Shown here: piece by piece, positions 1 to 10,189 of the stretch
Layout: every line of letters starts with the position of its first letter
How positions within the stretch are numbered: position 1 is the stretch's first letter
Origin: Armatimonadota bacterium
GTDB taxonomy: Bacteria > Armatimonadota > UBA5829 > DTLH01
Assembly (NCBI GenBank): GCA_039680575.1
Contig: JBDKSP010000004.1
Coordinates: 1-34,538, forward strand
Reading direction: 5' to 3'
DNA length: 34,538 nt
Notes under the pieces: generated by a model
Told to the model about the DNA's origin: nothing
What the model saw: only the letters and a program-made list of their open reading frames with translations
The model's database searches: none
Program-made: the position numbers and the translations under genes

Positions 1-142
1 ACAACTTGCTAAAACTAAAGCAAACAACAGACAACAGAAGCGTAAGACGCAAGATTAACCTGTGCTGCTGGGACAATGACTTCCTGGCTTCCGTAGTTGC
101 TGGATTTTAGTGCGTAAGCCCTGGTTAAAGCCGCGCAAATTA

Positions 143-171
143 TTGATTTGCCTTGCCCAGTATGGTAAACT
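143..171 (+). promoter_or_regulatory. sigma70-type promoter of the rpsB-tsf operon
   Basis: TTGATT (143-148), 17-nt spacer, TAAACT (166-171), with an extended -10 TG at 163-164. Confidence 0.6.
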
Positions 172-176
172 AATAA

Positions 177-282
177 GGTTTGCATCACGCACCGCATCCG
201 GATCGGCTGCCGGGGTGCCTCTAGGAGGTCGGCGCCGGGGTGATGGAGCGGGAGGTAATAACTAACAGGAGGAATTTTAAAC
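177..282 (+). promoter_or_regulatory. structured rpsB 5' leader (t44-like, probable S2 autoregulatory element)
   Basis: GC-rich, potentially paired ~100-nt stretch between the promoter and the AGGAGG SD. rpsB leaders are known S2-binding regulators. The fold was not computed. Confidence 0.5.
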
Positions 283-1107
283 TTGGCATCAATCACAATG
301 AAAGAACTGCTGGAGGCAGGAGTACACTTCGGCCACCAGACCCGCAGATGGAACCCTAAGATGAAGCGGTACATCTACGGAGGCCGAAACGGTATCTACA
401 TCATCGACCTGCATCAGACTCTCAAACTCTTTGAAGAGGCCAGGCAGTTCATCCAGGACGTAGTCGCGGAAGGCGAAGTCGTCCTCTTCGTAGGAACAAA
501 GAAACAGGCTCAGGACGCCGTACAGGAAGCAGCAAAGCGCTGCGGCATGTATTATGTCGATCAGCGATGGCTCGGCGGCATGCTCACCAACTTCCGCACA
601 ATCCAGACCAGAATAACCCGTTTGAACGAGCTTAAAAAGATGGAGGAGAACGGAGTATTCGAGCAACTGCCTAAGAAGGAAGCCGCCCTTCTCCGCGAGG
701 AGTCGAGCAGGCTGGAGCGGTTCCTTGGCGGTATCAAGGATATGCCCAAGCTTCCCGGCGCTATGTTTATTGTCGACCTGAAGAAGGAACGCATCGCTCT
801 TGCCGAGGCCAGAAAGCTCGACATCCCGGTCGTAGCCATTGTGGACACCAACTGCGACCCTGACGAAGTCGACTACGTAATCCCCGGCAATGATGACGCT
901 ATCCGCGCTATCAAGCTGATCTCCAACAAGATCGCCGACGCCATCCTCGAAATCCGGCAGGTAGAGACTGAGGGCGAAGAGGTAGAGGCAGGCGAGGAGA
1001 CCGAAGCCGAAGAAGAGAAACCAGAGGTCGAGGTGTCTGCTGAGGAGATGGCAGTTGTGACTACCGAAGCCGGGACGTCCCCGGAAGAAGCTCCGAAAGC
1101 CGAATAA
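283..1107 (+). CDS. rpsB: 30S ribosomal protein S2
   Basis: [22 protein letters not shown] and [10 protein letters not shown] motifs; TTG start after AGGAGG; acidic C-terminal tail. Confidence 0.99.
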   Translation: MASITMKELLEAGVHFGHQTRRWNPKMKRYIYGGRNGIYIIDLHQTLKLFEEARQFIQDVVAEGEVVLFVGTKKQAQDAVQEAAKRCGMYYVDQRWLGGMLTNFRTIQTRITRLNELKKMEENGVFEQLPKKEAALLREESSRLERFLGGIKDMPKLPGAMFIVDLKKERIALAEARKLDIPVVAIVDTNCDPDEVDYVIPGNDDAIRAIKLISNKIADAILEIRQVETEGEEVEAGEETEAEEEKPEVEVSAEEMAVVTTEAGTSPEEAPKAE

Positions 1108-1149
1108 GTCGATATCCGGTCAACTTGACCGGTCGTAATATTGAATTTA

Positions 1150-1179
1150 GTTTGCGCAGGGCACAAGCCCTGCGCAAAC
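1150..1179 (+). terminator. 13-bp perfect hairpin between rpsB and tsf (attenuator or stability element)
   Basis: GTTTGCGCAGGGC-ACAA-GCCCTGCGCAAAC; no U-tract follows it. Confidence 0.45.
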
Positions 1180-1250
1180 CTGTACGTAGTGCGTTTAGCG
1201 CAACGAAGATTTTAGTATTTTGAACTCACGATATTAACAGGAGGCATCAA

Positions 1251-1850
1251 GTGGCAATAACCGCCAATATGGTCAGAGAATTAAGAGAAAAGACCGGCGC
1301 CGGGATGATGGACTGCAAAAAAGCGCTCGAAGAGACCGGTGGCGATTTCGATAAAGCGGCAAACCTGCTCAGGCAGAAGGGAATCGCAGTAGCAGCAAAG
1401 CGTGAGACCAAGGCTGCAAACGAAGGTACAATCGGCGCGTATGTCCACACAGGTGGAAAGATCGGCGTACTCGTGGAACTGGGTTGCGAGACTGACTTCG
1501 TCGCAAAAACCGAGGAGTTCCAGACGCTTGCCAGAGACCTTGCCATGCAGATAGCCTGGGGTAACCCCAAGTATATCCGCCGTGAGGAAGTTCCTGCGGA
1601 TCAGGTGGAGCAGGAGAAGGAAATCCACAAACAGTGGGCCATCAAAGAAGGCAAGCCGGAGAAGGCGATCGACAGTATTGTCGCGGGACGTATGGAAAAG
1701 TTCTACGAGGACATAGTGCTTCTTGACCAACCGTTTATCCGCGATTCGGACGTAAAGATCAACGATCTGATCAACGACGCGCTGGGTAGATTAGGCGAGA
1801 AGATCGTCGTGCAGAGGTTCGTGAGATATCGAGTAGGAGAGCAGGGGTAA
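1251..1850 (+). CDS. tsf: translation elongation factor Ts (short, ~200-aa form)
   Basis: [16 protein letters not shown] and ETDFVAK motifs; GTG start after AGGAGG. Confidence 0.99.
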   Translation: MAITANMVRELREKTGAGMMDCKKALEETGGDFDKAANLLRQKGIAVAAKRETKAANEGTIGAYVHTGGKIGVLVELGCETDFVAKTEEFQTLARDLAMQIAWGNPKYIRREEVPADQVEQEKEIHKQWAIKEGKPEKAIDSIVAGRMEKFYEDIVLLDQPFIRDSDVKINDLINDALGRLGEKIVVQRFVRYRVGEQG

Positions 1851-1858
1851 TCGTAAGC

Positions 1859-2587
1859 ATGCAGGACAAGCCGCGTTGGAACCGAGTACTTCTGAAGCTT
1901 TCGGGCCAGGTGTTCGCGGGCAAGGATAGTGTCGGTATATGCTACGATACGATTGCGTCTATCGCAAAGGATGTTAAGGAACTGAAAGACAGCGGTGTCG
2001 ATCTGGCCATCGTCATAGGCGGAGGAAACATCATCCGCGGGCAGGCGGCGTCGCGCGCCGGGATGGACCGTGCAAGCGCCGATTATATGGGCATGCTTGC
2101 GACAGTCATAAACTGCCTCGCCCTGCAGGATGCGCTGGAGAAACTTGGGATCGAGACGCGCGTGCAGTCCGCGATAACCATGTCCGAAGTCGCTGAACCG
2201 TTCATCAGGCGGAGGGCCATAAGGCATCTTGAAAAAGGCCGCGTGGTCATATTCGCCGCCGGAACGGGGAACCCGTATTTTACGACCGACTCCGCCGCGG
2301 CGCTTCGCGCACTCGAAATCAAGGCTCAGGCGGTCCTGAAGGCAACGAATGTCGATGGAGTATACGACCGCGATCCGCGAAAAGACCCGAATGCGGTAAT
2401 GCTCACCCATATCGACTACATGGACGCCATCAACCAGGGCCTGGGTATTATGGACCTTACGGCCTTTACGCTTTGTATGGACAACAAAATGCCGATTGTG
2501 GTATTTAACATAACCCAGCATGGCAACATCAAGCGAGCCGTGTGGGGTGAACAGATAGGAACGCTTGTTGGGGGGAAAAACGAGTGA
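1859..2587 (+). CDS. pyrH: UMP kinase
   Basis: [24 protein letters not shown] and [10 protein letters not shown] motifs. Confidence 0.99.
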   Translation: MQDKPRWNRVLLKLSGQVFAGKDSVGICYDTIASIAKDVKELKDSGVDLAIVIGGGNIIRGQAASRAGMDRASADYMGMLATVINCLALQDALEKLGIETRVQSAITMSEVAEPFIRRRAIRHLEKGRVVIFAAGTGNPYFTTDSAAALRALEIKAQAVLKATNVDGVYDRDPRKDPNAVMLTHIDYMDAINQGLGIMDLTAFTLCMDNKMPIVVFNITQHGNIKRAVWGEQIGTLVGGKNE

Positions 2588-3141
2588 TACCTGAGTTACT
2601 TAAGGATACAGAGCAAAGGATGACAAAGGCTGTGGAGGCTGCACAGCACGATTTCACCACTCTTCGCACAGGCCGGGCTAATCCGGTATTACTTGATGGT
2701 ATTCAGGTCGACTACTACGGCAGCAAGATGCCGCTCAACCAGCTTGCGGGAGTCTCCGCTCCTGAGCCCAGGCTGCTTGTAATAGCGCCATGGGACAAGG
2801 GAGCCATCGCCCCGATTGAGAAGGCGATCATGAACTCGGAACTCGGCATGACTCCGCAAAGTGACGGAAGCGTCATCAGGCTTCAGGTGCCGTACCTGAC
2901 GGAAGAGCGGCGAAAAGAGATGACAAAAGTCCTGCATAAGAAGACCGAGGAACACAAGATAGCGGTCCGAAATATCCGACGGGATGTAAATGAGCGGCTG
3001 AAGGAACAGGAAAAGAAACATGAGATCTCTGAAGATGAGAACAAGAGAGCTCAGGAGCAGGTTCAGAAGCTGACTGATAAGTACATAGACCGGATAGACG
3101 ACCTGTCTAGGACTAAAGAAGTCGAGTTGATGGAAGTTTGA
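2584..3141 (+). CDS. frr: ribosome recycling factor
   Basis: LRTGRANP and LTEERRKE motifs; follows pyrH. Confidence 0.99.
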   Translation: MIPELLKDTEQRMTKAVEAAQHDFTTLRTGRANPVLLDGIQVDYYGSKMPLNQLAGVSAPEPRLLVIAPWDKGAIAPIEKAIMNSELGMTPQSDGSVIRLQVPYLTEERRKEMTKVLHKKTEEHKIAVRNIRRDVNERLKEQEKKHEISEDENKRAQEQVQKLTDKYIDRIDDLSRTKEVELMEV

Positions 3142-3165
3142 GCCATCATCGGATGCAGAAATAGT

Positions 3166-3227
3166 AATCAGCCGTCAGCCGTAAAGTGTTCGTGTCGGAA
3201 ACAATTGCTGGCGGCTGATTTGTTTTT
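3166..3227 (+). terminator. probable intrinsic terminator after frr
   Basis: AATCAGCCGTCAGC (3166-3179) pairs with GCTGGCGGCTGATT (3207-3220), followed by TGTTTTT; the loop is long. Confidence 0.5.
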
Positions 3228-3303
3228 ATAGCTGTCGGCTGCCAGGTTTTGAATCGCGAAGGACGCGAAGAAGTACGAAAAACTCGAAAAGGGATAAAAT
3301 GGG

Positions 3304-3332
3304 GACCGGGGCATGGATCCCCCGGTCCATCG
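3304..3332. repeat. CATGGAT-loop palindromic repeat, copy 1
   Basis: GACC-GGGG-CATGGAT-CCCCC-GGTCCATCG; a same-length copy is at 14370-14398. Confidence 0.7.
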
Positions 3333-3342
3333 GAAGCCTGCT

Positions 3343-3378
3343 CCTTCTCCCCTGGCGGGAGAGGGTTGGGGTGAGGGG
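3343..3378. repeat. CCTTCTCCC...GGGAGA...TGAGGGG palindromic repeat, copy 1
   Basis: 32/36 identical to 10279-10314. Confidence 0.8.
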
Positions 3379-3417
3379 GATCCCTAAATCCTAAACCCTC
3401 AACAAAAAGAAAGATAA

Positions 3418-4155
3418 ATGATGACCAATATCGACCCAGACCGCGTGCCTAAGCACGTTGCTATAGTGATGGACGGCAATGGCCGGTGGGCCACCGGGCA
3501 GGGGCTTTCCCGAGTGGAGGGACATGTACAGGGCTACATAGCGCTCCGCAACATCATCGAAGCTGCCTCCGATCTCGGCATCGAAGTCCTGACCGTGTAC
3601 GCGTTTTCGACCGAGAACTGGCGCAGGCCCGAAGAGGAAGTTGAGGCGCTTATGCGCCTGTTCGCCAAGGCAGCTCATCAGGAGATGGAAAATCTCATGC
3701 AAAACAGCGTTCGGATGATGGTCAGCGGCCGGTTTCACGAACTCCCGAAAGAAGTGCAGGACAGTCTGAGTGCAGATATAGAGGCTACGAAGAACAATAC
3801 AAAGATTATCTTCAACCTCGCCATCAACTACGGCGGGCGGAGCGAGATTGTAGACGCAGCGAGAGCGCTCGCGCGGAAAGCTGCGGCGGGAGAGATTTCA
3901 CCGGAAGAGATCGACGAAAAGACTTTTTCGCAGTATATGTATGCTCCTGAACTCCCCAATCCGGACCTTTTGATCCGAACAGCGGGTGAAATGAGGATAA
4001 GCAACTTCCTCCTGTGGGAAATAGCTTACGCAGAGTTTTATGTAACTCAGGTGCTCTGGCCGGACTTCAACAAAGAAGAGCTTATTAATGCCATACTGGA
4101 CTATCAGGGGCGGACTCGCAGGTTTGGCGCGGTTGTAGAAGAGACAAAACGATAG
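3418..4155 (+). CDS. uppS: undecaprenyl diphosphate synthase
   Basis: HVAIVMDGNGRWA, YAFSTENWRRP and RISNFLLW motifs. Confidence 0.98.
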   Translation: MMTNIDPDRVPKHVAIVMDGNGRWATGQGLSRVEGHVQGYIALRNIIEAASDLGIEVLTVYAFSTENWRRPEEEVEALMRLFAKAAHQEMENLMQNSVRMMVSGRFHELPKEVQDSLSADIEATKNNTKIIFNLAINYGGRSEIVDAARALARKAAAGEISPEEIDEKTFSQYMYAPELPNPDLLIRTAGEMRISNFLLWEIAYAEFYVTQVLWPDFNKEELINAILDYQGRTRRFGAVVEETKR

Positions 4156-4159
4156 TTTG

Positions 4160-5317
4160 ATGACTAAAAGAATTTCGATATTGGGTTCGACCGGCTCGAT
4201 AGGCACTCAGGTGCTGGATGTGGCCGAACGGCTCCCTGAACAGATAGAAATAGTTGCCATCGCAGCTCATTCGAATGTGGAACTCTTGGCGGAGCAGGCT
4301 CGGCGGTTCAGGCCGAAGCTCGTTTCCATCGGTAAAACCGAACTTGAACAGGAACTCAAGCAGCTGATCGACGATCCGGGTATAGAAGTAGCTTCAGGCG
4401 ACGACGGTTGGAAGGCAGTTGCTACCTATGCTTCAGCCAGCCAGGTAGTCGTTTCCGTCGCAGGCACTCCGGGGCTCATTCCGACCCTCGCCGCGATAGA
4501 TGCGGGCAAAGAGATTGCCCTCGCAAGCAAGGAAGTACTTGTCTGCGCAGGGGAGACCGTCATCCGGCGCGCGGAAGAGATGGGCGTAAAGATAGTCCCC
4601 ATCGACAGCGAGCACTCGGCGATCTTCCAGTGTTTGAACGGTGAGGACGAGAAATCCGTAGAGAAGATATATCTCACAGCGTCTGGAGGGGCGTTCCGGG
4701 ACGCAAGCGTTGAAGATATGCGGGATGTGACGCCGGACCAGGCGCTCGCACACCCGACATGGCGGATGGGCAAGAAGGTCACAATCGATTCTGCCTCGCT
4801 TATGAACAAGGGGCTGGAGATCATCGAGGCGAGATGGCTTTTCGGTGTCGATCCGAAAAACATCGAGGTAGTTATCCATCCGCAGAGTATAATACACTCT
4901 ATGGTGATGTACAGGGATGGCTCGGTCATAGCGCAGCTTGGGCTTCCCGACATGCGGCTCCCGATACAGTATGCCCTGTTGTACCCTACGAGGTATGACT
5001 CAGGGCTTCCGCGGGTAGATATACTTCAGGTGGGGAGTTTGGATTTCAGAGCCCCGGATGCGGAGAAGTTTCCTGCGCTACGGATTGCCCGCGAGGCGAT
5101 CTGTACCGGCGGCACGATGCCGGCAGTGATGAACGCTGCCGACGAGGTTGCCGTTCAGATGTTTTTAGATAAGAAGATTGGTTTTCTTGACATAGCGAGG
5201 CTTGTGGAACGCGTGATGAAGTCACACAATCCCGTAATTCATCCAACACTCGATGATATTCTTGCTTCGGACGGATGGGCAAGGGAGCTGACCACGGACC
5301 TAGCAGGAGGAAATTAA
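4160..5317 (+). CDS. dxr: 1-deoxy-D-xylulose-5-phosphate reductoisomerase
   Basis: ILGSTGSIG, PIDSEHSA, LTASGG and HPTWRMG motifs. ATG at 4160; TTG at 4157 is also possible. Confidence 0.98.
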   Translation: MTKRISILGSTGSIGTQVLDVAERLPEQIEIVAIAAHSNVELLAEQARRFRPKLVSIGKTELEQELKQLIDDPGIEVASGDDGWKAVATYASASQVVVSVAGTPGLIPTLAAIDAGKEIALASKEVLVCAGETVIRRAEEMGVKIVPIDSEHSAIFQCLNGEDEKSVEKIYLTASGGAFRDASVEDMRDVTPDQALAHPTWRMGKKVTIDSASLMNKGLEIIEARWLFGVDPKNIEVVIHPQSIIHSMVMYRDGSVIAQLGLPDMRLPIQYALLYPTRYDSGLPRVDILQVGSLDFRAPDAEKFPALRIAREAICTGGTMPAVMNAADEVAVQMFLDKKIGFLDIARLVERVMKSHNPVIHPTLDDILASDGWARELTTDLAGGN

Positions 5318-6859
5318 GTGCACTTTTTGATAAGTACAGTCGTGTTTTTTATTGTACTCGGTGTACTCGTGCTCGTCCATGAGTTCGGCCACTTCACCGT
5401 AGCCAAACTCACCAGGATGAAGGTGCATGAGTTCGCATTCGGGTTCGGTCCGATACTTCTCAGGCTGTTCAAGCGCGGCGGCACTGAATATACAATCCAT
5501 GCCATCCCCGCGGGTGGTTTCGTCCGCATTGCCGGTATGGACCCGGGCGAAGATGTGGATGTCGAAGGCGGGTTCAACACAAAACCGATCTGGCAGCGCG
5601 CGCTGGTCATCTTTGCGGGACCTTTCATGAGCCTGGTGCTGGGTTACCTGGTGCTCCTTATGATGGGGTTCGTGTGGGGTATCGATATCACCGGAACGAC
5701 TGTAGACAAATTGCCGGAAACCTCACCTGCTGCGGCAGCAGGGATGCAAAAAGGCGATGTTGTTGTTTCCGTAGACGGAAAGCGCGTATACGACGGCTAC
5801 GAATTGAGAAAAACTATCAACGGCGGCACAGGCAAGATAACGACGGTCGTTGCGGAACGAAAAGGCGAGCAAAAGACATTCAGGATCAAGCCGATAATCG
5901 TCAGCATAAGGAAGATCGGAGTTATGCTCGATGATCCCAAACTTGTTATCAAGCAGATAGCGGATGGTTCCGTCGCCGCGAGAGCAGGCTTGCAAAAAGG
6001 CGATGTAATATCATCTATAAAAAGCGCCAAAAATGGCGGGACGAATGTCATCGTCAAACGGAATGGTAAGAGTGAAACACTCCTTGTCAAATCAGAGATT
6101 ACGGATCTCGACAGCTATAAGAAGGTCGGCGTTGTGCTTTATGACCTTAAAACGACTGTAACTCGGGTGCAGACAGGTTCCCCGGCTGCCAAAGCCGGGC
6201 TTCATAAAGGAGATGTGTTAGTCTCGGTTGACGGGGAGAAGACTCCCACCAGCGGTGACTTCGAGCAAATCCTCAGCACCAGCGAAAAACCGGTCTCTAC
6301 AGTAGTAGTTGAGCGCGGGGGAAAACAGATAACGTTCGAGGTAAGTCCCAAGCTCTTCCAACAGTCCATCGCAAGGCAGATAGGGATAATTCTCAACCAG
6401 AAGACGGTTTATACAAGGTTATTCAAGCAAAAGGCCAAAGAAACCGGCAACACTGTATATACCAATCTGTTCGGCGGAATCAAAATCGGGACGGTCGAAA
6501 CCTACAGGTTTACAGCCGATACCATCCAGGGGTTGTTCAGCAAGCAGATAAAGAATGCCGGCGGCATAGTCGCAATCGGTGTAGTGACCGGGCAGGCCGT
6601 AAAAAGCGGTATCGAGAGCATTTTCTTCCTCTTGGCGATGCTTTCCATAAGCTTGGCGGTCATCAATCTGGTCCCATGGCCTGTACTTGACGGAGGACAC
6701 CTGATTTATCTTCTTATAGAGAAGATCAGGGGCAAACCGCTCGATCCCAAGAAATGGTATGCAATTCAATCTATCGGGCTTTTCATCATCATCGGGCTTG
6801 CGATATTCATGGTAGGTTACGATTTATCAAGGCTCGACATGTGGTCTAATCTGAAGTGA
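5318..6859 (+). CDS. rseP: RseP-type M50 intramembrane metalloprotease with three PDZ-like repeats
   Basis: HEFGH and NLVPWPVLDGG motifs; position between dxr and ispG; three S(P/V)AAxAG(L/M)xKGDV repeats. Confidence 0.95.
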   Translation: MHFLISTVVFFIVLGVLVLVHEFGHFTVAKLTRMKVHEFAFGFGPILLRLFKRGGTEYTIHAIPAGGFVRIAGMDPGEDVDVEGGFNTKPIWQRALVIFAGPFMSLVLGYLVLLMMGFVWGIDITGTTVDKLPETSPAAAAGMQKGDVVVSVDGKRVYDGYELRKTINGGTGKITTVVAERKGEQKTFRIKPIIVSIRKIGVMLDDPKLVIKQIADGSVAARAGLQKGDVISSIKSAKNGGTNVIVKRNGKSETLLVKSEITDLDSYKKVGVVLYDLKTTVTRVQTGSPAAKAGLHKGDVLVSVDGEKTPTSGDFEQILSTSEKPVSTVVVERGGKQITFEVSPKLFQQSIARQIGIILNQKTVYTRLFKQKAKETGNTVYTNLFGGIKIGTVETYRFTADTIQGLFSKQIKNAGGIVAIGVVTGQAVKSGIESIFFLLAMLSISLAVINLVPWPVLDGGHLIYLLIEKIRGKPLDPKKWYAIQSIGLFIIIGLAIFMVGYDLSRLDMWSNLK

Positions 6860-7920
6860 TGCTAGAGAGAAGAAAAACAAAGTCAGTCAATGTCGGGGGC
6901 GTTATCTTGGGTGGTGGCGCTCCCGTTTCCGTCCAGTCCATGACTACGACGGATACGCGCGACGCTGCAGCGACCATAGAGCAGATTCACAAGCTGGGAG
7001 ATGCCGGGTGCGACATCGTGAGGGTTGCTGTACCTGATAAAGAGGCGGCTTCTGCCTTATCTGCGATCAAAAAAGGTATTAAAATCCCGCTTGTCGCCGA
7101 TATACACTTCGATTACCGGCTCGCGCTTCTGGCGCTTGAAGCCGGGGTCGATAAACTCCGCATCAATCCTGGGAATATCGGCTCCAGCGAGCGCGTGGAA
7201 ATAGTCGCAAAGGCAGCGAAGGAGCGAGGAGTGCCGATCCGGATCGGCGCAAATGTCGGATCGATAGATAAAAATCGCTACGGGCAGCCGACAGCCGAAA
7301 CTCTCGCCCAGAGCGCTCTCGATCAGGTTAAAATCCTCGAAGATCTGGATTTTACGGATATAGTTATCTCGCTTAAGGCGTTCGACGTGCCGATGTCTGC
7401 CGGAGCTTATAGAATCGTATCCGAAACCGTGCCTTACCCGCTTCACCTTGGGATTACCGAAGCTGGGCTCCCCTGGGAGGGGACAATACGCTCAGCGGTA
7501 GGAATCGGGGCGATGCTTGCCGAAGGTATCGGTGATACTTTACGTGTATCGCTTACCGGCGACCCGGTGGAAGAGGTCTCGGTCGGGATAGAAATCCTGT
7601 CGGCGCTTAATCTCAGAAAAAAGCCGTATACTATAGTCTCCTGCCCGACCTGCGGGAGATGTGATATAAACCTTGCCGATATAGCGAGCGAAGTCCGGCG
7701 CCGTTTGGCGGAAAACCCGCCGTCCAGGCCGCTCAAGATAGCTGTAATGGGCTGCACGGTGAACGGCCCGGGTGAGGCTTCAATGGCCGATGTCGGAATA
7801 GCGGGCGGAGCCGGTGTCGGGCTGTTGTTTTCCCGTGGAAAAATACTCCGCAGAGTCGATGAAAATCAGCTCGTGGATGAATTAATGAAGGAAATAGAGG
7901 GACTTGAGCGAAATACGTAA
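6859..7920 (+). CDS. ispG: (E)-4-hydroxy-3-methylbut-2-enyl-diphosphate synthase
   Basis: VQSMTTTDT, ADIHF, RINPGNIG, SCPTCGRC and MGCTVNGPGE motifs. GTG at 6856 is an alternative start. Confidence 0.98.
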   Translation: MLERRKTKSVNVGGVILGGGAPVSVQSMTTTDTRDAAATIEQIHKLGDAGCDIVRVAVPDKEAASALSAIKKGIKIPLVADIHFDYRLALLALEAGVDKLRINPGNIGSSERVEIVAKAAKERGVPIRIGANVGSIDKNRYGQPTAETLAQSALDQVKILEDLDFTDIVISLKAFDVPMSAGAYRIVSETVPYPLHLGITEAGLPWEGTIRSAVGIGAMLAEGIGDTLRVSLTGDPVEEVSVGIEILSALNLRKKPYTIVSCPTCGRCDINLADIASEVRRRLAENPPSRPLKIAVMGCTVNGPGEASMADVGIAGGAGVGLLFSRGKILRRVDENQLVDELMKEIEGLERNT

Positions 7921-8359
7921 AGCAAAGATTACCGATGTATCTGCCATGCAGAAGTTGATAAACGACTTCGCGGACCGAGGCGATATGCTGCACAGATCGT
8001 TGAACGATCTGTACGAGAATATCAGAGACTTCTATGTAATCGAAGCCTGTGGACAGGTGCAGGGCTGCTGCGCGCTTCATGTCAGTTGGGGCGACCTGGC
8101 GGAAGTCAAGGCACTGGTCGTAGCTGATGAGCTTCAAGGCCAGGGCTGGGGCAGACTGCTCGTAGAGCGGTGTATCTCGGACGCCCGTGAACTCGGCATC
8201 CCGAAGGTATTTACGCTCACTTATAAGCCTGGGTTCTTCGTGAAGGTCGGCTTTACGAAGATAGATATGGACAATCTGCCGAGAAAAATCTGGTCCGAGT
8301 GTATCAACTGCCCGAAATACCCGGACTGCGGCGAAGAAGCGCTGGTTAGAAATATTTAG
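7904..8359 (+). CDS. GNAT acetyltransferase, short ArgA-like N-acetylglutamate synthase family
   Basis: LYENIRDF, LAEVKAL, QGQGWGR acetyl-CoA motif, LPRKIWSEC..CPKYPDC.E; TTG start overlapping ispG. Confidence 0.85.
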   Translation: MSEIRKAKITDVSAMQKLINDFADRGDMLHRSLNDLYENIRDFYVIEACGQVQGCCALHVSWGDLAEVKALVVADELQGQGWGRLLVERCISDARELGIPKVFTLTYKPGFFVKVGFTKIDMDNLPRKIWSECINCPKYPDCGEEALVRNI

Positions 8360-8398
8360 ATAGTTACGCTTGTGAATGGAGGGAAAGCCGCCAGATTT

Positions 8399-8430
8399 GC
8401 TGATAGCTGACGGCTGATATCTGATAGCTA
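8399..8430. repeat. GCTGATA-type heptamer tandem repeat upstream of proS
   Basis: GCTGATA GCTGACG GCTGATA TCTGATA GCTA. Confidence 0.85.
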
Positions 8431-8432
8431 AA

Positions 8433-10169
8433 ATGAGAGCGACACAATTATTTTTTCCGACACTGAGAGAAGTCCCCGCCGAGGCGGAAATTGCAAGCCA
8501 CAGGCTGCTTCTGCGCGGCGGATTCATCAGAAAACTTGCAGCGGGTGTTTACTCGTACCTGCCGCTCGGCTATAAGGTCATAAAAAAGATAGAGGGTATA
8601 ATCCGTGAAGAGACGGATGCTGCAGGCGGCCAGGAACTGCTCATGCCCGCGCTCCAACCTGCCGAACTCTGGCAGGAGTCCGGGCGGTGGGACGTGGATG
8701 TCCTTTACAAACTGGAAGACCGGTCGAACCGCTGGCACGGGCTCGGTATGACGCACGAAGAGGTCATAACCGATATAGCGCGCCACGATATACGGTCGTA
8801 CCGCCAGCTTCCGCTCAATCTCTACCAGATTCAGACCAAATTCAGGGACGAACCGAGGCCGAGAGGCGGGGTCATCCGGGGCCGCGAGTTCATAATGCTC
8901 GATTCTTACACGTTCGACCGGACCGATGAAGAACTCGACCTGTCTTACCATAAGATGTATGTCGCTTTCTCCCGCGCGTACGCGAGGTGCGGGGTCGATT
9001 TCCTCGTCGTTGAGGCCGAATCCGGCGCAATCGGCGGCAAGGACAACCAGGAGTTTACCGTTCCGGCTTCGGCAGGAGAGGATATAATCCTGCACTGCAA
9101 GAATTGCAACTATGCAGCCAACTCCGAACGCGCGGAGGTCGCCGACCGGGGTTACGTGCCTTCGACGGACGCCCAAAAGCCTCTGACCGCGCTCGATACA
9201 CCCGGCGCAAAGACCATAGAGCAGGTAACAGGGTTCCTGAAGGCATCGCCGAAGAAACTCGTCAAAACACTTATTTACCTGGCTGACGGCAAGCCTGTTG
9301 CGGCGCTCGTGAGAGGCGACAGAGAGCTTAACGAAGCCAAATTCAGCCGCGCAATCGGAGCCAAAAAGCTCGAAATGGCCGATCCGGAGACGATCATCAG
9401 GCTGACAAAGGCGGAAGTCGGGTTTTCCGGCCCGGTCGCGCTGTCAGGTGCTGCCATATACGCGGATTACGAGATCCGCGCGATGGCGAACTTCATCACA
9501 GGGGCCAACAAGACGGATACTCACTATGTCAACGTCAATTTGGACCGTGATTTCAAAGTGGGCCACTGGGCTGACCTGCGGGTGGCGTCGGAAGGCGATC
9601 CCTGTCCGAGATGCGAAGGCACGCTCGACGCTGTGCGGGGAATAGAGATCGGGCATATTTTCAAGCTCGGGACTAAATACTCCGAGGCGCTCGATGCTAC
9701 CTTCATTGATGAGGACGGACAGGAAAAGAACTTCATAATGGGATGCTACGGGCTCGGTGTTTCAAGGCTCCTTGCAGCCATCCCTGAAGCGAATCACGAC
9801 AAGGACGGTATCGTCTGGCCGGTCTCCATCGCGCCGTTCGAAGCTGTAGTGCTGCTTCTGAACCCTGAGGACGAAGCGCAGGCGCAGGCAGCCGCGCGGG
9901 TCTACGAGGAGCTCGAGGGGCGAGGCGTAGACGTGCTCCTGGATGACCGCGACGAACGCTCTGGAGTGAAGTTCAAGGACTCCGATCTCATCGGAATACC
10001 GGTACAGATAGTCGTCGGCAGGCTGGCATCCGAAGGCAAGGTAGAAGTAAGACTACGGCGCAATAAAGAAAGCCGGGAACTGGAGCTGGACCAGGCGACA
10101 GACGGGATCATGGCTCTGATTGAAGCCGAAAAACGCCGGTTGCTCGACGCGGCGGACAGATATAGATAG
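8433..10169 (+). CDS. proS: proline--tRNA ligase (bacterial type with INS editing domain)
   Basis: THEEVIT, QTKFRDEPRPR, GIEIGHIFKLGTKYS and MGCYGLG motifs. Confidence 0.99.
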   Translation: MRATQLFFPTLREVPAEAEIASHRLLLRGGFIRKLAAGVYSYLPLGYKVIKKIEGIIREETDAAGGQELLMPALQPAELWQESGRWDVDVLYKLEDRSNRWHGLGMTHEEVITDIARHDIRSYRQLPLNLYQIQTKFRDEPRPRGGVIRGREFIMLDSYTFDRTDEELDLSYHKMYVAFSRAYARCGVDFLVVEAESGAIGGKDNQEFTVPASAGEDIILHCKNCNYAANSERAEVADRGYVPSTDAQKPLTALDTPGAKTIEQVTGFLKASPKKLVKTLIYLADGKPVAALVRGDRELNEAKFSRAIGAKKLEMADPETIIRLTKAEVGFSGPVALSGAAIYADYEIRAMANFITGANKTDTHYVNVNLDRDFKVGHWADLRVASEGDPCPRCEGTLDAVRGIEIGHIFKLGTKYSEALDATFIDEDGQEKNFIMGCYGLGVSRLLAAIPEANHDKDGIVWPVSIAPFEAVVLLLNPEDEAQAQAAARVYEELEGRGVDVLLDDRDERSGVKFKDSDLIGIPVQIVVGRLASEGKVEVRLRRNKESRELELDQATDGIMALIEAEKRRLLDAADRYR

Positions 10170-10189
10170 CTGATAGCCGTCGGTTTTTC

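Noticed and set aside
1..58. Possible 3' end of an upstream gene (QLAKTKANNRQQKRKTQD*)
   Set aside because: Only 18 codons at the window edge with no recognisable motif.
8360..8432. T-box riboswitch upstream of proS
   Set aside because: The gap is only 73 bp and has no T-box consensus.
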